A stretch of 64,000 nucleotides of DNA, taken from positions 119,729,083-119,793,082 of the forward strand of contig NC_068984.1 in NCBI RefSeq assembly GCF_001194135.2. Reading direction: 5' to 3'. This stretch comes from Octopus bimaculoides. Lineage: Eukaryota. The notes under the pieces are model-generated. The model searched no databases. It was not told where the DNA came from and saw only the letters and a program-made list of their open reading frames with translations. The position numbers were made by a program, and so were the translations under genes. Positions 12,201 to 26,010 of this stretch are shown one piece after another. Every line of letters starts with the position of its first letter. Positions within the stretch are counted from its first letter, which is position 1.

Positions 12201-14639
12201 ACTCCCCTAAGGTATCTTCTCTCTGCCAAAAGAGAATGATTTGATTTATATAATAACATTTTTGTTGTTTCATATTAGTGTTCATCATCATCATTATCAT
12301 CATCATTTAACGTCTATTTTCCATGCTGGCATGGGTTGGATGGTTTGACAGGAACTGGCTAGGCCAGGGGCCACACCTGTTTCCATAGTCTCTTTTGGCT
12401 TGGTTTCTACGGCTGGATGCCTTTCCTAATGCCAACCACTCTACAGAGTGTGCTGGGTGCTTTTTATGTGACACCATCACCAGTACTTTTTATGTGGCAT
12501 CATTACCAGTACTTTTTATGTAGCACCAGCACTTTTTACATGGCACTGTGGTTTTTAGATCTCAGTTCTGTTGTGGGTAGGTCTTTTTCAGTACAGCTAT
12601 GCACGACTTATCTCTGTCTTCTGTCATCTTTGTAAATCTCAGCATTTTGAGATCGGGCTTCAATACTTCGTCACATGTCTTGCTGAGTCTCCCTTTTCCA
12701 CAACTTCCCTCCACTTTAACTGATCAACTCTTCTTTATCCAACTGTTCTCATCCATCTGCATCACATAATCAAACTAATGCAGTCTCCTCTCTTGCACAT
12801 TACATATAATTCCTCTTATGCACAACCTCTCTCTCAATACACCAGTGCTCTGGTGCACATGCTCACTGACATCACACATCCAGTTGAGCATACTAGTTTT
12901 GTTCCTCTCGAGCCTTCACATGTCCTCTGCATTCAGAGCTCACACCTCACTACCGTCTATCATTGAAGTTTGTACACATGCATCATTCAATCTTTCCTTT
13001 ATTTGGATTGTGCATCATACAATCTTTCCTTCACTTTGTTGCCAACAAAAGTTGCCATTTGTGGGAGCAGTTTGGCTGAATGGTTAACAAGTTCGCTTTG
13101 CAACCACAAGGGCTTTGGTTCAATTCCACTGCAAATGTCATTATAGTCCCAGGTTGACCCATAACTTGTGAATGAAACTGGAGAGACAGAAACTGTATAG
13201 AAGTTCTTGAGTGGATTATACCTGTAATTCAAAAGGTATAGATATGACACACATGTATCATGCTGATTCTGTTTCCAAATTGTTAACTTTTTATCATTCA
13301 AATTACTCTATCAAATATAACACTTATTTGTTTAGATTGTTTTAATTTAATCATGTAAAAAGCACTGGTGCTGGTGCCATGTAGAAAGCACCTGGTGCAC
13401 TGTAAACTGGTTGGCATTAGGAAGGGCATCTAGCCATAGAAACCAAGTCAAAGGAGACTGGAATTCTAGTGCAGCTCCTGGCCTTACCAGTTTCTTTCAA
13501 GCTGTCCAACCCATGTCAGCATGGAAAACAGAAGTTAAATGTTGATAATGATGATGATGGTGATGCATTGTCTCATAACTTCAAGATTTCAATGACATTG
13601 ACATTGTAGAATAGGTGTGAGAGGCTGGATCTGGCTAGTTGTGTGCATATGGTTGGTTTGAATGCTAAAAGTTAAGGGTGTGTATGTAGAATGGTCAAAC
13701 ACTTATATGTTAATTCAAGAGCAGGTAATTCAGTTAAGCAAACAACTGAATCTTCATCATTGGAAAATTGAGACTTGACACCTCCATACTAACCATCTTT
13801 ATATAACAAGTCTGTGATTGCAAACTGTGGTTGCAATTTTGAATTTATTAATACCACCAGCAAAGTATAAATATTAATCTTGTAAATATTGTGGAACTAT
13901 TTTTATTGATTTTTTTTTTCTGACATAATAACTACCTTTCACATTAAGTATATTTATGGTGTAATTTCCTCTTTCCATTTCTTTGAATTCAATATCATTG
14001 CCATCATCAACATCATTTAATGTCTGCTTTCCATGCTGGCATGGGTTGGAGTGTTTGACAGGAGCTGGCAAGTCAGAGGACTGTACCAAGCTCTACTGTC
14101 TGTTTTGGCATGGTTTTTATGGCTGTATGCCCTTCCTAATGTCAACCACTTTACAGCATGGACTGGATGCTTTTTATGTGGCATGAGCAGCAGTGAGGTC
14201 ATCAAATAATTTATAAGTCAAGACTATTTTATTTTACCATCACAGTTGAAATTTATGTTAATTTTCTTTTGTTGAACTTTCACTTGTAAAATTTGGAAGG
14301 AAGTACTATGTTTGTTATATTGTAGATGGTTGAGTGGACAGGATACCAAACAGTCATTTAAGAAGACTGAAATTCATATCCTATAACCAACCCCGACTAA
14401 CTTAGTTCTCAAATGACTATGTTTTGTCTAGATCAGTGCTTTTCAACCATTTTTTTTAACCTACAGACCCCCTTTTTTTACTTGGATTGACACCCCCTAG
14501 TCATCCAATGTTTTAAAAAAATTTCATTGTTGCTGGCAGCTGTAGTGATGGTGGCTTTATCTAGTATCTGAGAATTTGCTGAATGCTTCCTTTATGGTGA
14601 TGGCATTGATGACTATGTAGAGCAGTTCTTGGTTTCTAG

Positions 14640-15380
14640 GACTACATTATACAGGTCAAGTCAGATATGGAGGCATGCACCATTGCAGCATGTAACTGAA
14701 TCCATCATTTGTTGGTATCTGTTCAAGTTGTTCTGGGAAAACCTCTGAGCAGTAATGTCCCAGACAGTTTCCATGAAATACTTCCTCATCCACTGTGACC
14801 ATGAGGCATGTGGCCGACTAACATGAGTGGTCACCACAGCTGGTTTCTCAGAGAAGAGAACTCAGAATGTAGTGTGCAACTTGGAACAGCATCACAAAAC
14901 ATTCCAAGCTGACACTTCCGAATCATACAGGTAATAGGACACATTTTAGTTTCTGTTCATAGTTGTTGGCTGGATTTGAAATCTGACCAATGGTAACCAA
15001 TAATCCTGCAAAATACTTCTTCACCCACTGTGACCATGAGGTCGGGTCAACATGAGCCATCACCACTGCTGGTTTCTCAGAAAAAAGATTATGGTATGCA
15101 GGGTACAACTTAGAAAATCGAGCAACATGACCAAGTGGGCTAAGCTGATGCTCCTGAATCATAAAAAGTAACAGGACACAGTTTCTGCATATAGTTGTAG
15201 ATTGGATTCAGAATCTGACCAAAGGGAGCCCATAATCTTGCAAAACATACTGGTACTGAAGGAGTTCAGGTAGTCCCTAACGGCTCCAGACATTGTCCAA
15301 GTCTTGCAATTGTAGAGCAAGTCAGGGAGGCCCAGAGGCCTGAAGATCTAAACCTTTGTCTCTTGTGTCTGGCAATATCT
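14640..15380 (-). mobile_element. RTE-clade LINE 3' fragment with internal duplication
   Basis: Minus translation HQLSPLGHVARFSKLYPAYHNLFSEKPAV...SWSQWVKKYF matches the RTE 'QLRxxGHVARxP...RPxxSW' C-terminus. About 150 bp occurs twice (14790-14940 and 15025-15180). Confidence 0.65.
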
Positions 15381-16982
15381 GCAGTATACAGTACATTATC
15401 AAGTTTTTTAAGACACTAGAGTGTGATTCGAGGGAGATTTAGTTGCTATTTATAGCAGGTCAAGTGTCCATGTAGAAGAGGATGCCTTGCTTGGTATTAT
15501 TACTATTAGTTAGATAAGTAGAAAACTACTTTTTGAAGTTATTTTCAGATTTTTCCTTGTGAGATATGGGAAATTTTTGTTAATTACAGTATTTTATAGA
15601 CTGTTGAAAATAACTAAATGGAATATGGATGAGATGGACAGTTTTTATCTTTGCTGGATACTGCTTGATATTGGAAGTTTCATATAAGTATATTCTTTTA
15701 TGTATTACTAGAGTTGTTTTTTATTCTATAAAATATGGCTGCCTATTTTTATTATGTATGTAGTTATGAAAACTTGCTGCTTTGTTGAAGTGATAATGTG
15801 TCAGTGAGGAGCCAAAGAATTAATGGTGTTTTTGTGTATGTTTTGCAAAATTCTTGGTGTGAAATTATGTGTTGAATCAAGATGTTGTTGTATCTTGGTA
15901 GGATTATTTTGTTTGTAAGAAACACATCCATTAGTACCTAACATCACACTCTTTTACATTTTTTAAAAAGCAAAAAAACAAAAAAAACAAAAATTGAAAA
16001 TAATAGTGTACAAAACAATATAATCCTAGATACCACTATTTCTGAATAAGAGACAGGGCTGTCATGGTTGGAATGCCTTGATAACAGAGCTTGATTCAAG
16101 GCTAAACATCTGAACAGGAGCTGAATAACAACAAATAGAACAATAGACTACCAATATGACAATTCATTTGTTAAAGGTAGTTTGGAAGCTGTTACTTCTT
16201 TTCATTGGATGCTAAATGGTAAATGAAATTAGAAGGTTGCACAAAATGACTTCCGGTATCTGTTTTGGTTCTTTGCATTCTGGCAGCAACACCTGTGGTG
16301 ACACTGGTGCCAAGCTGTATTGCTCAAAGTTGGCAGACTTTCCTTTGGATAAAAGACCTCCTTTGACCATGGGATTGCAAGAAGAAAGCTCCCCTCTGAG
16401 GCACAAGTCCAGGCAAATTTGTTTATGGAAGACCAGCGGTTGCCCATGCATACCAGCCTTCTTTCTCTCTCCATATCACCAATGTTATCCAAGGGAAAGG
16501 CAAAGGCTGATACAGCTTGGTACCTGTGATGTCGCAACTCATTTCTACAGCTGATTGAACTCGAGCTACATGAAATAAAGTGTCTTGCTCAAGAACACAA
16601 CACACAACCTGGTCCAGGAATCAAATTCACTACCTCATGATTGTGAGCCCAATGTTCTAACTACTGATAACATCATTGGAAAAGGCAGATTTGCATGCAT
16701 GAGTAACTGCAAGTCTACTTCAAAAAGCTTTTTCCCAGGTCTGCACATATATGTACAGATTCATGGTCTACCTTCATCAACACAGCCTTCTCCCCAACAA
16801 TAGAGGAAAGGGTTGGCTGAAGATACTAGCTAGTTTCTCTAATTGTATAAACTTAATCCCCATTCACACCAACACGGCTGCCTCTCATTCTCTGACAAAT
16901 AAATAACCCTTAGTTCTTCCAACTGAACATTCTGAGCTGAAATGATATTATCATCATAGTTTCGAAAAGTATTCTATTAAAC

Positions 16983-17331
16983 CAAGGGTTCTCAACTATT
17001 TTTTATCTATGGACCCCTTTGATTATTATTTTATTCTGGTGGACCCCCATAGTCATTCAATGTTTAAAAACTAGTTTTATAGAAACTTCTTTCAAAATTC
17101 CTATTTGGTTTTTCATAGATTATCTGATGCAGATTGAATTAGATAAAATGTTAGAGAAAGAAACCTAGCTTCTGGCAATACATACCAATACATACATCTA
17201 AAGCAAAACTTTTTCAGGGGTCCTTAAAATACTATTGTGGATCCTCAATTTACTATTTTGTTGTGTGGACCCTGCAAAATAATCCTATATGGACCCTCAA
17301 GAGCCATATGGGCCCCGGTTGAGAACCACTG
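16983..17331. mobile_element. hAT/Charlie-like MITE
   Basis: TIRs CAAGGGTTCTCAAC / GTTGAGAACCACTG, similar to the CAGTGGTTCTCAAC ends of Charlie/MER5-type elements; internal ggaccc repeats. Confidence 0.6.
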
Positions 17332-17829
17332 TATTATATTCTGTAATGCTAATTAATCTTAATCTTTGATTGATGTTTAATGAATCAGCAAAATAAAAGT
17401 GTTTACTATTATCATACTTATGTGCCTAAATTTTGATTGGTATAAAAGAAACTGAATAATGATGATAATAGACCTTTATAAATGATTGACTATAATGTTA
17501 TCATTAACAGTTGCTTGTTTGTTGAACTGCTTTGCTAAATTCTGAGAAATCATTGTCAAACTGCCAGACAATATATTAGAAAACCCACTGTTGCATCCTT
17601 GGTAGTTATTACAGAACATTGGTTATATTTCTGTATTAAAGTGCAAGATAATTGCCATGCTGACCTACTCAGCAAAACATAGCCTTCTTTATTGGTGTGC
17701 CAGACATCTGAGAATGACAGCAATATTGGTTTGTTAGATTATAAAAGTATGACTAACACAGCTTGGTTAGATATGGAAGAATGTCTGCTAAATAATGATT
17801 GTTCCACCACTCTGTGAACTAACATAGAT

Positions 17830-18219
17830 ATTGTGTTGGCACTCCGTCGGTTACGACGACGAGAGTTCTAGTTGATCCGATCAACGGAACAGCCTGCTCG
17901 TGAAATTAACGTGCAAGTGGCTGAGCACTCTACAGACATGCGTACCCTTAACTTAGTTCTCGGGGAGATTCAGTGTGACACAGAGTGTGACGAGGCTGGC
18001 CCTTTGAGATACAGGTCCAAGAGAAACAGGAAGAAAGAGCGAGAGAAAGTTGTGGTGAAAGAGTACAGCAGGGTTCGCCACAATCCCCTGCCGGAGCCCT
18101 GTGGATCTTTAGGTGTTTTTGCTCAATAAAACCCTCACAATGCCTGGTGTGGGAATCGAAGCCGCAATCCTATGACCGCAAGTCCGCTGCCCTAACTACT
18201 GGGCCATTGTGCCTCCACA
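17830..18219 (-). mobile_element. tRNA(Arg)-like-headed SINE, near full length
   Basis: Minus head ggaggcacaatggcccagtagttagggcagcggacttgcggtc...ttcgattccc with A/B boxes and a GCG-like anticodon loop. A second, opposite-orientation copy is at 41345-41720. Confidence 0.8.
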
Positions 18220-18529
18220 CTAACATAGAATGAAGGAGTCTTTATGTTGTTACATGAGTTGCTAGAATTAGTTGTCAGAACTCCTTCAAACTATACTCTC
18301 ATCATCATCATCATCATTTAACATCCATTTTCCACACTGGCTTAAGTTGGGCAGCTTGACAGGAGCTGGCAAGGCCAGTGGCCACACCAGGTTCCATAAT
18401 CTGTTTTGGCTTGGTTTCTACAGCTGGATGCCATACCCAATGCCTACTACTTTACAGAATGTGCTGGGTGCTTTTGACTTGGCACCTTTACCAGTGTTTT
18501 TTTTATATGATACGAGCACCAGTGTTTCT

Positions 18530-18640
18530 TTTACTTCTTGCCAGCACCAGTACTCTTTTCTTACCAGCACCAGTACTCTTTTCTTACCAGCACCAGTACT
18601 CTTTACCATCACCAGTGCTTTTTATGTGACACCAGCACCA
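18530..18640 (+). repeat. 23-bp minisatellite (ccagcaccagtactcttttctta) x3 inside a SINE
   Basis: Read directly from the sequence. Confidence 0.8.
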
Positions 18641-19194
18641 ATACTTGTCATCTTAAAAATGAATTCATTCAATAATGAAGTCAACATTATTCTGTCTGAC
18701 CTCCACCCTAACAGAAAAACCCCCCAAAAAACCAAACTTGATCAAAATAAGATTATCATTACTGATACGCTTTTGATCACATGTTTTTTGATGATGGTTG
18801 ATCTGCAGCTAAACAAAAGCTACAACAGTAGTCAATAGCAGACTGCAAGAGCCAATGAGGCAGCCAAATCTCCATTAAATTGCATTCTACTCACTTTGCT
18901 GTCTTAATAAAAGGAGGTCACATTGGAAGATTTGGTTCTGTCACCACCACCACCACCATCGTTTTTACCGTTCATTTCTCCATGCTTACAAGGGTCAGGT
19001 GGAATTTGTTGAGACAGATTTTTCTATGACTGGATGCCCCTCATGTTGCCAACCCTTGTTTCCAACCAAGGTAATATTTTTCCATGACCAGATGCGTTTT
19101 TACGGCAGAACAGAAATGAAGGACACCACTTTCATGATGAGGTCACTCATTTACACAACTATTGCATGATATCAAAGAAAGGAGACAGCGACAT

Positions 19195-19237
<43 letters not shown>

Positions 19238-19368
19238 CACACNNNNNNNNNNNNNNNNNNNNNNNNNNNNNNNNNNNNNNNNNNNNNNNNNNNNNNNNNN
19301 NNNNNNNNNNNNNNNNNNNNNNNNNNNNNNNNNNNNNNNNNNNNNNNNNNNNNNNNNNNNNNNNNNNN

Positions 19369-19409
<41 letters not shown>

Positions 19410-22007
19410 ATGTGCACAGAATGGGCTTCTCTCTATTTCTTTCTATTAAATCCACTCAATGTGATTTGGTTGACCTGCAGCTATGGCAGGAGACACTTGC
19501 CCAAGATGCCATGCAGTGGAACTAAATTTGAAACAGGTGGCATGTAAAAAGCACCCACTACACTCTCAGAGGGCATCCTGCCATAGAAACCATACCAAAT
19601 CAAATTGGAATTTGGTGCAGCCCCCCAGCTTTCCAGTTTTCAGTCAAACCGTACAACCTATGCCAGCACGAAAAACGGATGTTAAATGATGATGATGATG
19701 TGGTTGGGAAGCAAACACAGCCATGCTTGTGCTTATTCCGGATATACAGTCTTATTCCTAAGTTACTTGCTAATCCGCAATCTTTGTAAATGTTGCTGCT
19801 AAATATTTAACAGGACTGTGAAGCATTGGTTATATTTTTAGAACAGTGGTGCAGCAGAATTTTCTATATATAGCAACATGGTGCAGCAGACATTGTGATG
19901 TTTAGAATCTTGGTTATGCTATTGTTCTTTGGTATTGGAGAGGACAACATAACAAACATTGTTACTTTTATTTTTAGCAATCATTCTCTTCCTAATTTAA
20001 TACAGTTCAACAGACAGACACTTAACAGCAACAGTTACAAAGACTGTGGATTAGTTTGTTACTTTGGAGAATTTATCAAGATTGTTCAATAGCCATTGTG
20101 ATATTTAGACAATAACTATTACAAAGCAACAGTTATTGTGATCATTTTTGTCATCATTTAACCTTAGGTTGACCTTGATGAAGACAGATCTATGGACTAT
20201 GGTTTTCCATCCTATTTTTTAATATATTATATCTGGAACTACAACATCCAATGTCCTTTTTTGTATTAAGACAGTAGAGTGTGATTTAAAGGAGATTTCT
20301 ACTCAAAAGTATTGAGTAATCATTCAGTTTAATGTTTCTTTTTATATATAACTTGACATAAAAACATTTATATCACCACCAACACCACCACCATCATCAT
20401 CATTTAATGTCCATTTCCTATGCTGGCATAGGTTGGATGGCTTGATAAGAGCTGGCAAACCAGAGGACTGCACTAGGCTCCTGTCTGTTTTGGCATGGTT
20501 TTTATGGCTAGACCCTCTTCCTGATGCCATCCACTTCACAGATTGGACTGAGTGCCTTTCCCGTGGCACTAGCACTGATATATAATGGTATTAATCAAAC
20601 TATCAGATGTTGTTAGACATCACTGGTCACAGTATGCTTTGCATTGTTTTAGCTTTCAAATAATACAACCCTACTGGCTAGGTGAGCAGGCCAACATTCT
20701 CCTTGATCAGAAGACTATTCCATCACAGGGTTATCCATTTAGAGCTGAGTGGACTGAGCAACATGAAATAAAGTGTTTTCGTCAAGAACTCAATGTGCTA
20801 CCCAGTCTGGGAATCAAACCCATAATCTAGCAATCGTGAGTGCAATACCCTAACAACTAGGCCGCTCATTTTCAAATATAATAATCTATATATTATTATA
20901 TTCAAAACAATCTGATTTGGCCCCAAATGTTTAAATTTTCATAGGCTTCTTACAGAAACCTATATATTGATATGATAATTAGAAGTACTTAATACATGTC
21001 ATAGAATATAGTATAATTATTTCATTTGACTGAAGCCCTAGAGCTGTTACTCATGAGTTTCTGTGTGCAAGAATGCTTTGCAAGATGGTAGCTATAAGGG
21101 TAGGCACCATCTAACAAAAGTGCCATCTAACAAAAGCATTCATGCTTTGTTAGATGACAGCTACCATCAGAGCTGCTGTCTGACAAAGCATTCTTGCATG
21201 TGGAAACATGAGTAATGGCTTTATAGTTTCAACTAATGTTTGTTTGTGTGTGTGTATTGTTGTTGTTTAATCCTAGGTAAGCCTGAACTGAGCAGACCAG
21301 TGGTGAAAGGCATTTCAACCATAGCCATATCATCCTTATTTTAGGTGTTACATCTCCTAACACTACATTATCTAATGTGTCTTCAGCTTTTCGAAGTGGT
21401 AAAGTATAATTTGAAATCTGGCTACTATCTCTAGTAAGTCAAGCAACCATGGAAGGGCTCCTAAGTGACTAGGGTTATAAATCCATACCTAAATGTTGTG
21501 TATGGCCCAACTACATTTGTCATCATTTATGAGGTGAATGAACAAATGTTGATGTGTCTTGTTAGAACTGGGATTAAGTGATGGATGATACAAACTGTTT
21601 CTGTGAAGCAGAATTTGCTTCTAAGGGGTCATTACTCTGTCTAAAATTGACTAAGCTGTATTTTATTTTTTCTTTTGAACTTCAATTTCCTCTTTTCTTT
21701 ATTTATGTGAAGATCTAGATATTTTATTAGAATTTCTTGTTTTGTTTTTTTGTATCATTGCTAAAACAAAAGATTGACTGAACTGATCACTTGTTAGACT
21801 AAATACCATGCAGTATTTACTTCTACTTCTCAACATGGTGAGATCAAATTCCACTCAGTCAACTTTTCTTTTGATTTTTCTTTTACTTTTTGTTTTGTTT
21901 TTATTTTTTTGGCAAATGGTAAAGTAAATTCAGATTCAATTGACTGTTTGTTCTTCCATGTGAGTTCATAAATTCATACCATTCATTATTGTCATTTCTC
22001 TTTCCAG

Positions 22008-22180
22008 TTCTGATCAAGATCATACTGTAGAAGGTGTCATAAAAACTATTGCAAAAGCAATGAAAGGTGACTTTTCACGTGTGAAACGGGAATATGCTGC
22101 TGAACTGGTTGAAGAGAATTATGACAAAATAGTTAGCTTGCCAAACGTTTATACCTTGATATTGCTTTATGAAAATAGTG
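22008..22180 (+). CDS. PDI/thioredoxin-domain gene, coding exon 4 (linker and start of Trx-like domain 2)
   Basis: Acceptor catttctctttccAG|; (I)SDQDHTVEGVIKTIAKAMKGDFSRVKREYAAELVEENYDKIVSLPNVYTLILLYENS; donor G|GTAAAT. Phase 2 in, phase 1 out. Confidence 0.9.
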
Positions 22181-22584
22181 GTAAATAAATTTTTCATTTG
22201 ATATTTTATCATTATTATACACTGATATTGTCAGACTAGTGTCTCCATCTTGGTTGCTATAGTTACAATATTTCAGCCATTATACACTCTGGTCTTCTTT
22301 AAGAGCCTGTCATATTTGGTAATGTTCTCAGAATTTGTGTCCAAGACCTTTATTAAATTCCAAGGTGGTTAGATATAACAAACAAGATGAGGACACAGTG
22401 TGAACATATCAGTGTATAATAGGTGCAACACTAGCTGTATGGTTAAGAAGTTTGCTTTACACCCATGTGGTTTCAGGTTCAGTCCTACTGTATTGTACCT
22501 TTGACAAATATTTACTGTTATAGCTTCAGGCCAACCAAAGTTTTGTTGTGTGAGTGGAATTGGTTGACAGAAACTGAAAGAAGG

Positions 22585-22820
22585 TGGTGAGCTGGCAGAA
22601 GTGTTAGTACGCCCAGGCAAAATGCTTAGCGGTATTTCGTCTGCTGTTACGTTCTGAGTTCAAATTCCGCCAAGGTTGACTTTGCCTTTCATCCTTTCCG
22701 GGTTAATAAATTAAGTACCAGTTACACACTGGGGTCGATGTAATCGACTTAATCCCTTTGTCTGTCCTTGCTTGTCCCCCTCTATGTTTAGCCCCTTGTG
22801 GGCAATAAAGAAATAAGAAA
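22585..22820 (+). mobile_element. tRNA-derived SINE with Meta-domain-like core
   Basis: gagctggcagaagtgttagtacg...gagttcaaattcc...gactttgcctttcatcctttccgggttaataaattaagtaccag. Other copies at 11620-11745, 24435-24650, 26445-26650, 28670-28880 and 30470-30680. Confidence 0.7.
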
Positions 22821-23096
22821 CTGAAGGAAGCCTATTACATATATACATACATACACGTGTGTGTGTGTGTGTGTGTGTATCATTTAATGTCTGTTTTTCA
22901 TGCTGGTACAGGTTGGACAATATATATATATATATATGTATATCTTGGAGTGGTTGGCATTAGGAAGGGCATCCAGCTGTAGAAACCATACCAAAAAAAG
23001 AGTGGAACCTGGTGCAGCTCTCCAGCTTACCAGTTTTCAGTCAAACCGTCCAACCCATGCCAGCATGGAAAACGGATATTAAACGATGATGATGAT

Positions 23097-23148
<52 letters not shown>

Positions 23149-24685
23149 GTTTGTGTGTGTGTGCACATGTGTGTCTGCACTTGTTTGCATCTTTGAAAGT
23201 TATTTGTTTTGTGCCTTTGAAGATATGTCATAATTGCTCCTTTAGTTGAAACTCAGGTTGGGGTTAATGATATGAAGGGCATCTGGTTGTAAAACAATGC
23301 CTCAATGTTACAAGAATTTAACCAAGTAAAACAAATGAATGAATAATACTGATAAATTCTTCATCTTGAAAACTCAGAGAAAATTTGATATTTTATCATC
23401 AGATTAAGAAAATAACAAAGTACTTCTGTAAGTAAGTTGTAGAGTGAAATAAGGGTATTGATATTTCAATCAAAGCCATTTCTCTTCAGAGTAAAATTAA
23501 AATGTTTCAGATCATGAAATTTGCAGCAATATGATGCAACATCTAAAAAAAATGTTTGACACAAACTTTTATAGATGTCTACATCTTCAAAAACTTAACA
23601 GACTGTTAGGCAATGATTTTCAGTGATTCAGATTTGGGATAATCTTCAGTGGATGTTCTTCCTAATTTGAGATACTTGTACTTATGGGATCTTGTGGCTC
23701 ACTCAAGCAATTCTACCCATATGTCTGTAGCCACATCAGAAAAATCTTCATAAAAGTTTTCTTTTTCCCAAATTGAAATGAAATTTCATGCAAACAAGTT
23801 ACTCTGTCAAATCTTTCATTGTTCAGCTTATGACAAAAGATCAGCAGTGACACCATGGATTTTTAGGTGACACACGGTGAACTGAAAAAAACCTCCCTGT
23901 GGTATCCTGTTATAAAGAGCTTGTCTATAAACATTTACTTAAAACTAAACTTAATATATATATGTCAGTTATCACTCCAACAGCAGGATTATTTAAGAAA
24001 TTAAAATTGTGATATGCCAAGTTAAAATAGTTCATTATCTTTGGCCTATAGCATTTTCTTTCTCAGCTATTTTATGAATTGTTTTGTTTTGTGAAGAATC
24101 CACAAATAAATTGAAGAATAACCAAGAATAGCTATGCTACCATATTGAATTTTCAAACAAACAATGAAATCTCTACATAGTTGTTGGATCTGCTTTATAT
24201 AAATACCTAATTTTACTCTTATCACACCCTATCACCTTAAGGAAAAGGGGGCATTAGGTAATGCAGTCCTGGATACATTAGGACTACATTGTAGTGTAAA
24301 AAGGTGGGCTGATCACAGCTGAAATGCTCTTGGTCAGAGCTGACCTGGGGTTATGGCATCAAGGGAGTGTATATATTAATGTCTTCTGTTATTACAAAAT
24401 GTCTAGGGATATTAATATTTCATAATAAATTTGCATGGCGAGCTGGCAGAATCATTAGCACGCCAGGCAAAATGATGAGCAGCATTTTGTCTGTCTTTAC
24501 ATTCTGAGTTCAAATTCCACTGAGGTTGACTTTGCCTTTCATCTTTTTGGTGTCAATAAAACAAGTACCAGTTCAACACTGGGGTTGATGTAATTGACTT
24601 ATTCCATCCCCCAAATTGCTAGCCTTGTGCCAAAATTTGAAACTAATATTTCATAACAAATTAATGAGTCTGTAATTGGTTTCAG

Positions 24686-24747
24686 AGGCTAAAGAACATC
24701 TTTCAGTCTTCGAGAAAATTGCTGCCAGTTTCCGGAATGATTTTAAT
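24686..24747 (+). CDS. PDI/thioredoxin-domain gene, coding exon 5
   Basis: Acceptor ggtttcAG|; (E)AKEHLSVFEKIAASFRNDFN; donor AAT|GTAAGT. Phase 1 in, phase 0 out; matches the Trx helix 'xFEKxAxxF'. Confidence 0.88.
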
Positions 24748-25689
24748 GTAAGTTTCATTTATTTATTTTTCGTTCTTCCAGCTTGTCATCTCTGTTGCAC
24801 ATTGGAGCTGATTCTTATATCCAAATTGGGGGAGCCTTCTAATGACATAGATGCTATATTTCTTTCGTTTCCCTTAGTAATGTTAAAAAGTTCAGTAGAA
24901 AGGGAGAATTTATGGATCACTAATAAAACTTTTTGCAAGTATTTTGAAAATATCTCATGGAGTGATGACTGTTTCCTGCATAGTTACAAGCTGCCCTTTG
25001 CAAGGCATAACACCTGTTCAACCACCCTGTGAGGAACACAGCAAAGTCATGAGACTGCAGTATGGTGGATTGTGAAGAGGCAACAGAAGAACTCACTTGA
25101 GTCAACTGTGCTTCTTACATTGATGCTGATTAGAGGAATCCTTGTCAGGATCACCAAGCTCTATCAAGGGAGTTACTGCAACGCATCTGTAGGCGCAGCA
25201 TCCAAGTTGCTTAATCAACTAATGAAAGATTTGCTGTGACTCAAGCTCCTGATTCAAATTGGATGGCAACAGAGAGACATGGAATTGCATGCAAGTAGCA
25301 TAACCAAATGATGAACATCAGTAGTACCCAAAATAAGCATTTAGTTTTATCCCAGTCTTTACAGCAAAAATCTATATATTGAACTGAACACATATTCATT
25401 GAGAAGAAAATTCATTCACCCAAGAAACAATACTGATTACAGTCTATGTAATGAGTTTGATGAATCTGTAATCATAAACCATTTTATTACTTGACATTAG
25501 ATTTCCTCATAAACATACCCAAATTACTTGAATCTCATGGTTAAAATTACCCCTTAGAGACCTGTAATTTGGAAACATGAAATCTTGATTGGTCTGTGTG
25601 AAGTCTTTGTTTATTTCTATTATGTTCTTAGAGATGTTTATATATGTTTACACCTTCTTTTCAAAAGTAATTGAAACTCAGCACCATAC

Positions 25690-26010
25690 GACAGTGAAAA
25701 TGGGCTGTGACAGCTGAGGACATATGTAGGGTGTAAAGTTGGGCATAAGAGGCATTGGATGTAGTGTGAAAGGGAGATGATTGTCCTGGTATGGTCATGT
25801 GATGCACATGGACAAGGACAGCTGTGTAAAGAAGTGCTCATTTCTAACTGTTGAGAGAACCTGTGGTAGAGGTAGACCCAGGAAGACATGGGAGGAGGTG
25901 GTGAAGCATGATCCTTGAACTTTGGGTCTCACAGAGGCAAAGACTAGTGACAGAGACCTTTGGTGATATGCAGTGTTTGAGAAAACCTGTTAAGCCAAGT
26001 GAAATTATTG
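25690..26010 (+). mobile_element. RTE-clade LINE 3' end
   Basis: LSWYGHVMHMDKDSCVKKC...CGRGRPRKTWEEVVKHD*TLGLTEAKTSDRDLW*YAVFEKT, with stops; continues into the (ATG)n-tailed repeat to about 26410. Confidence 0.8.
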
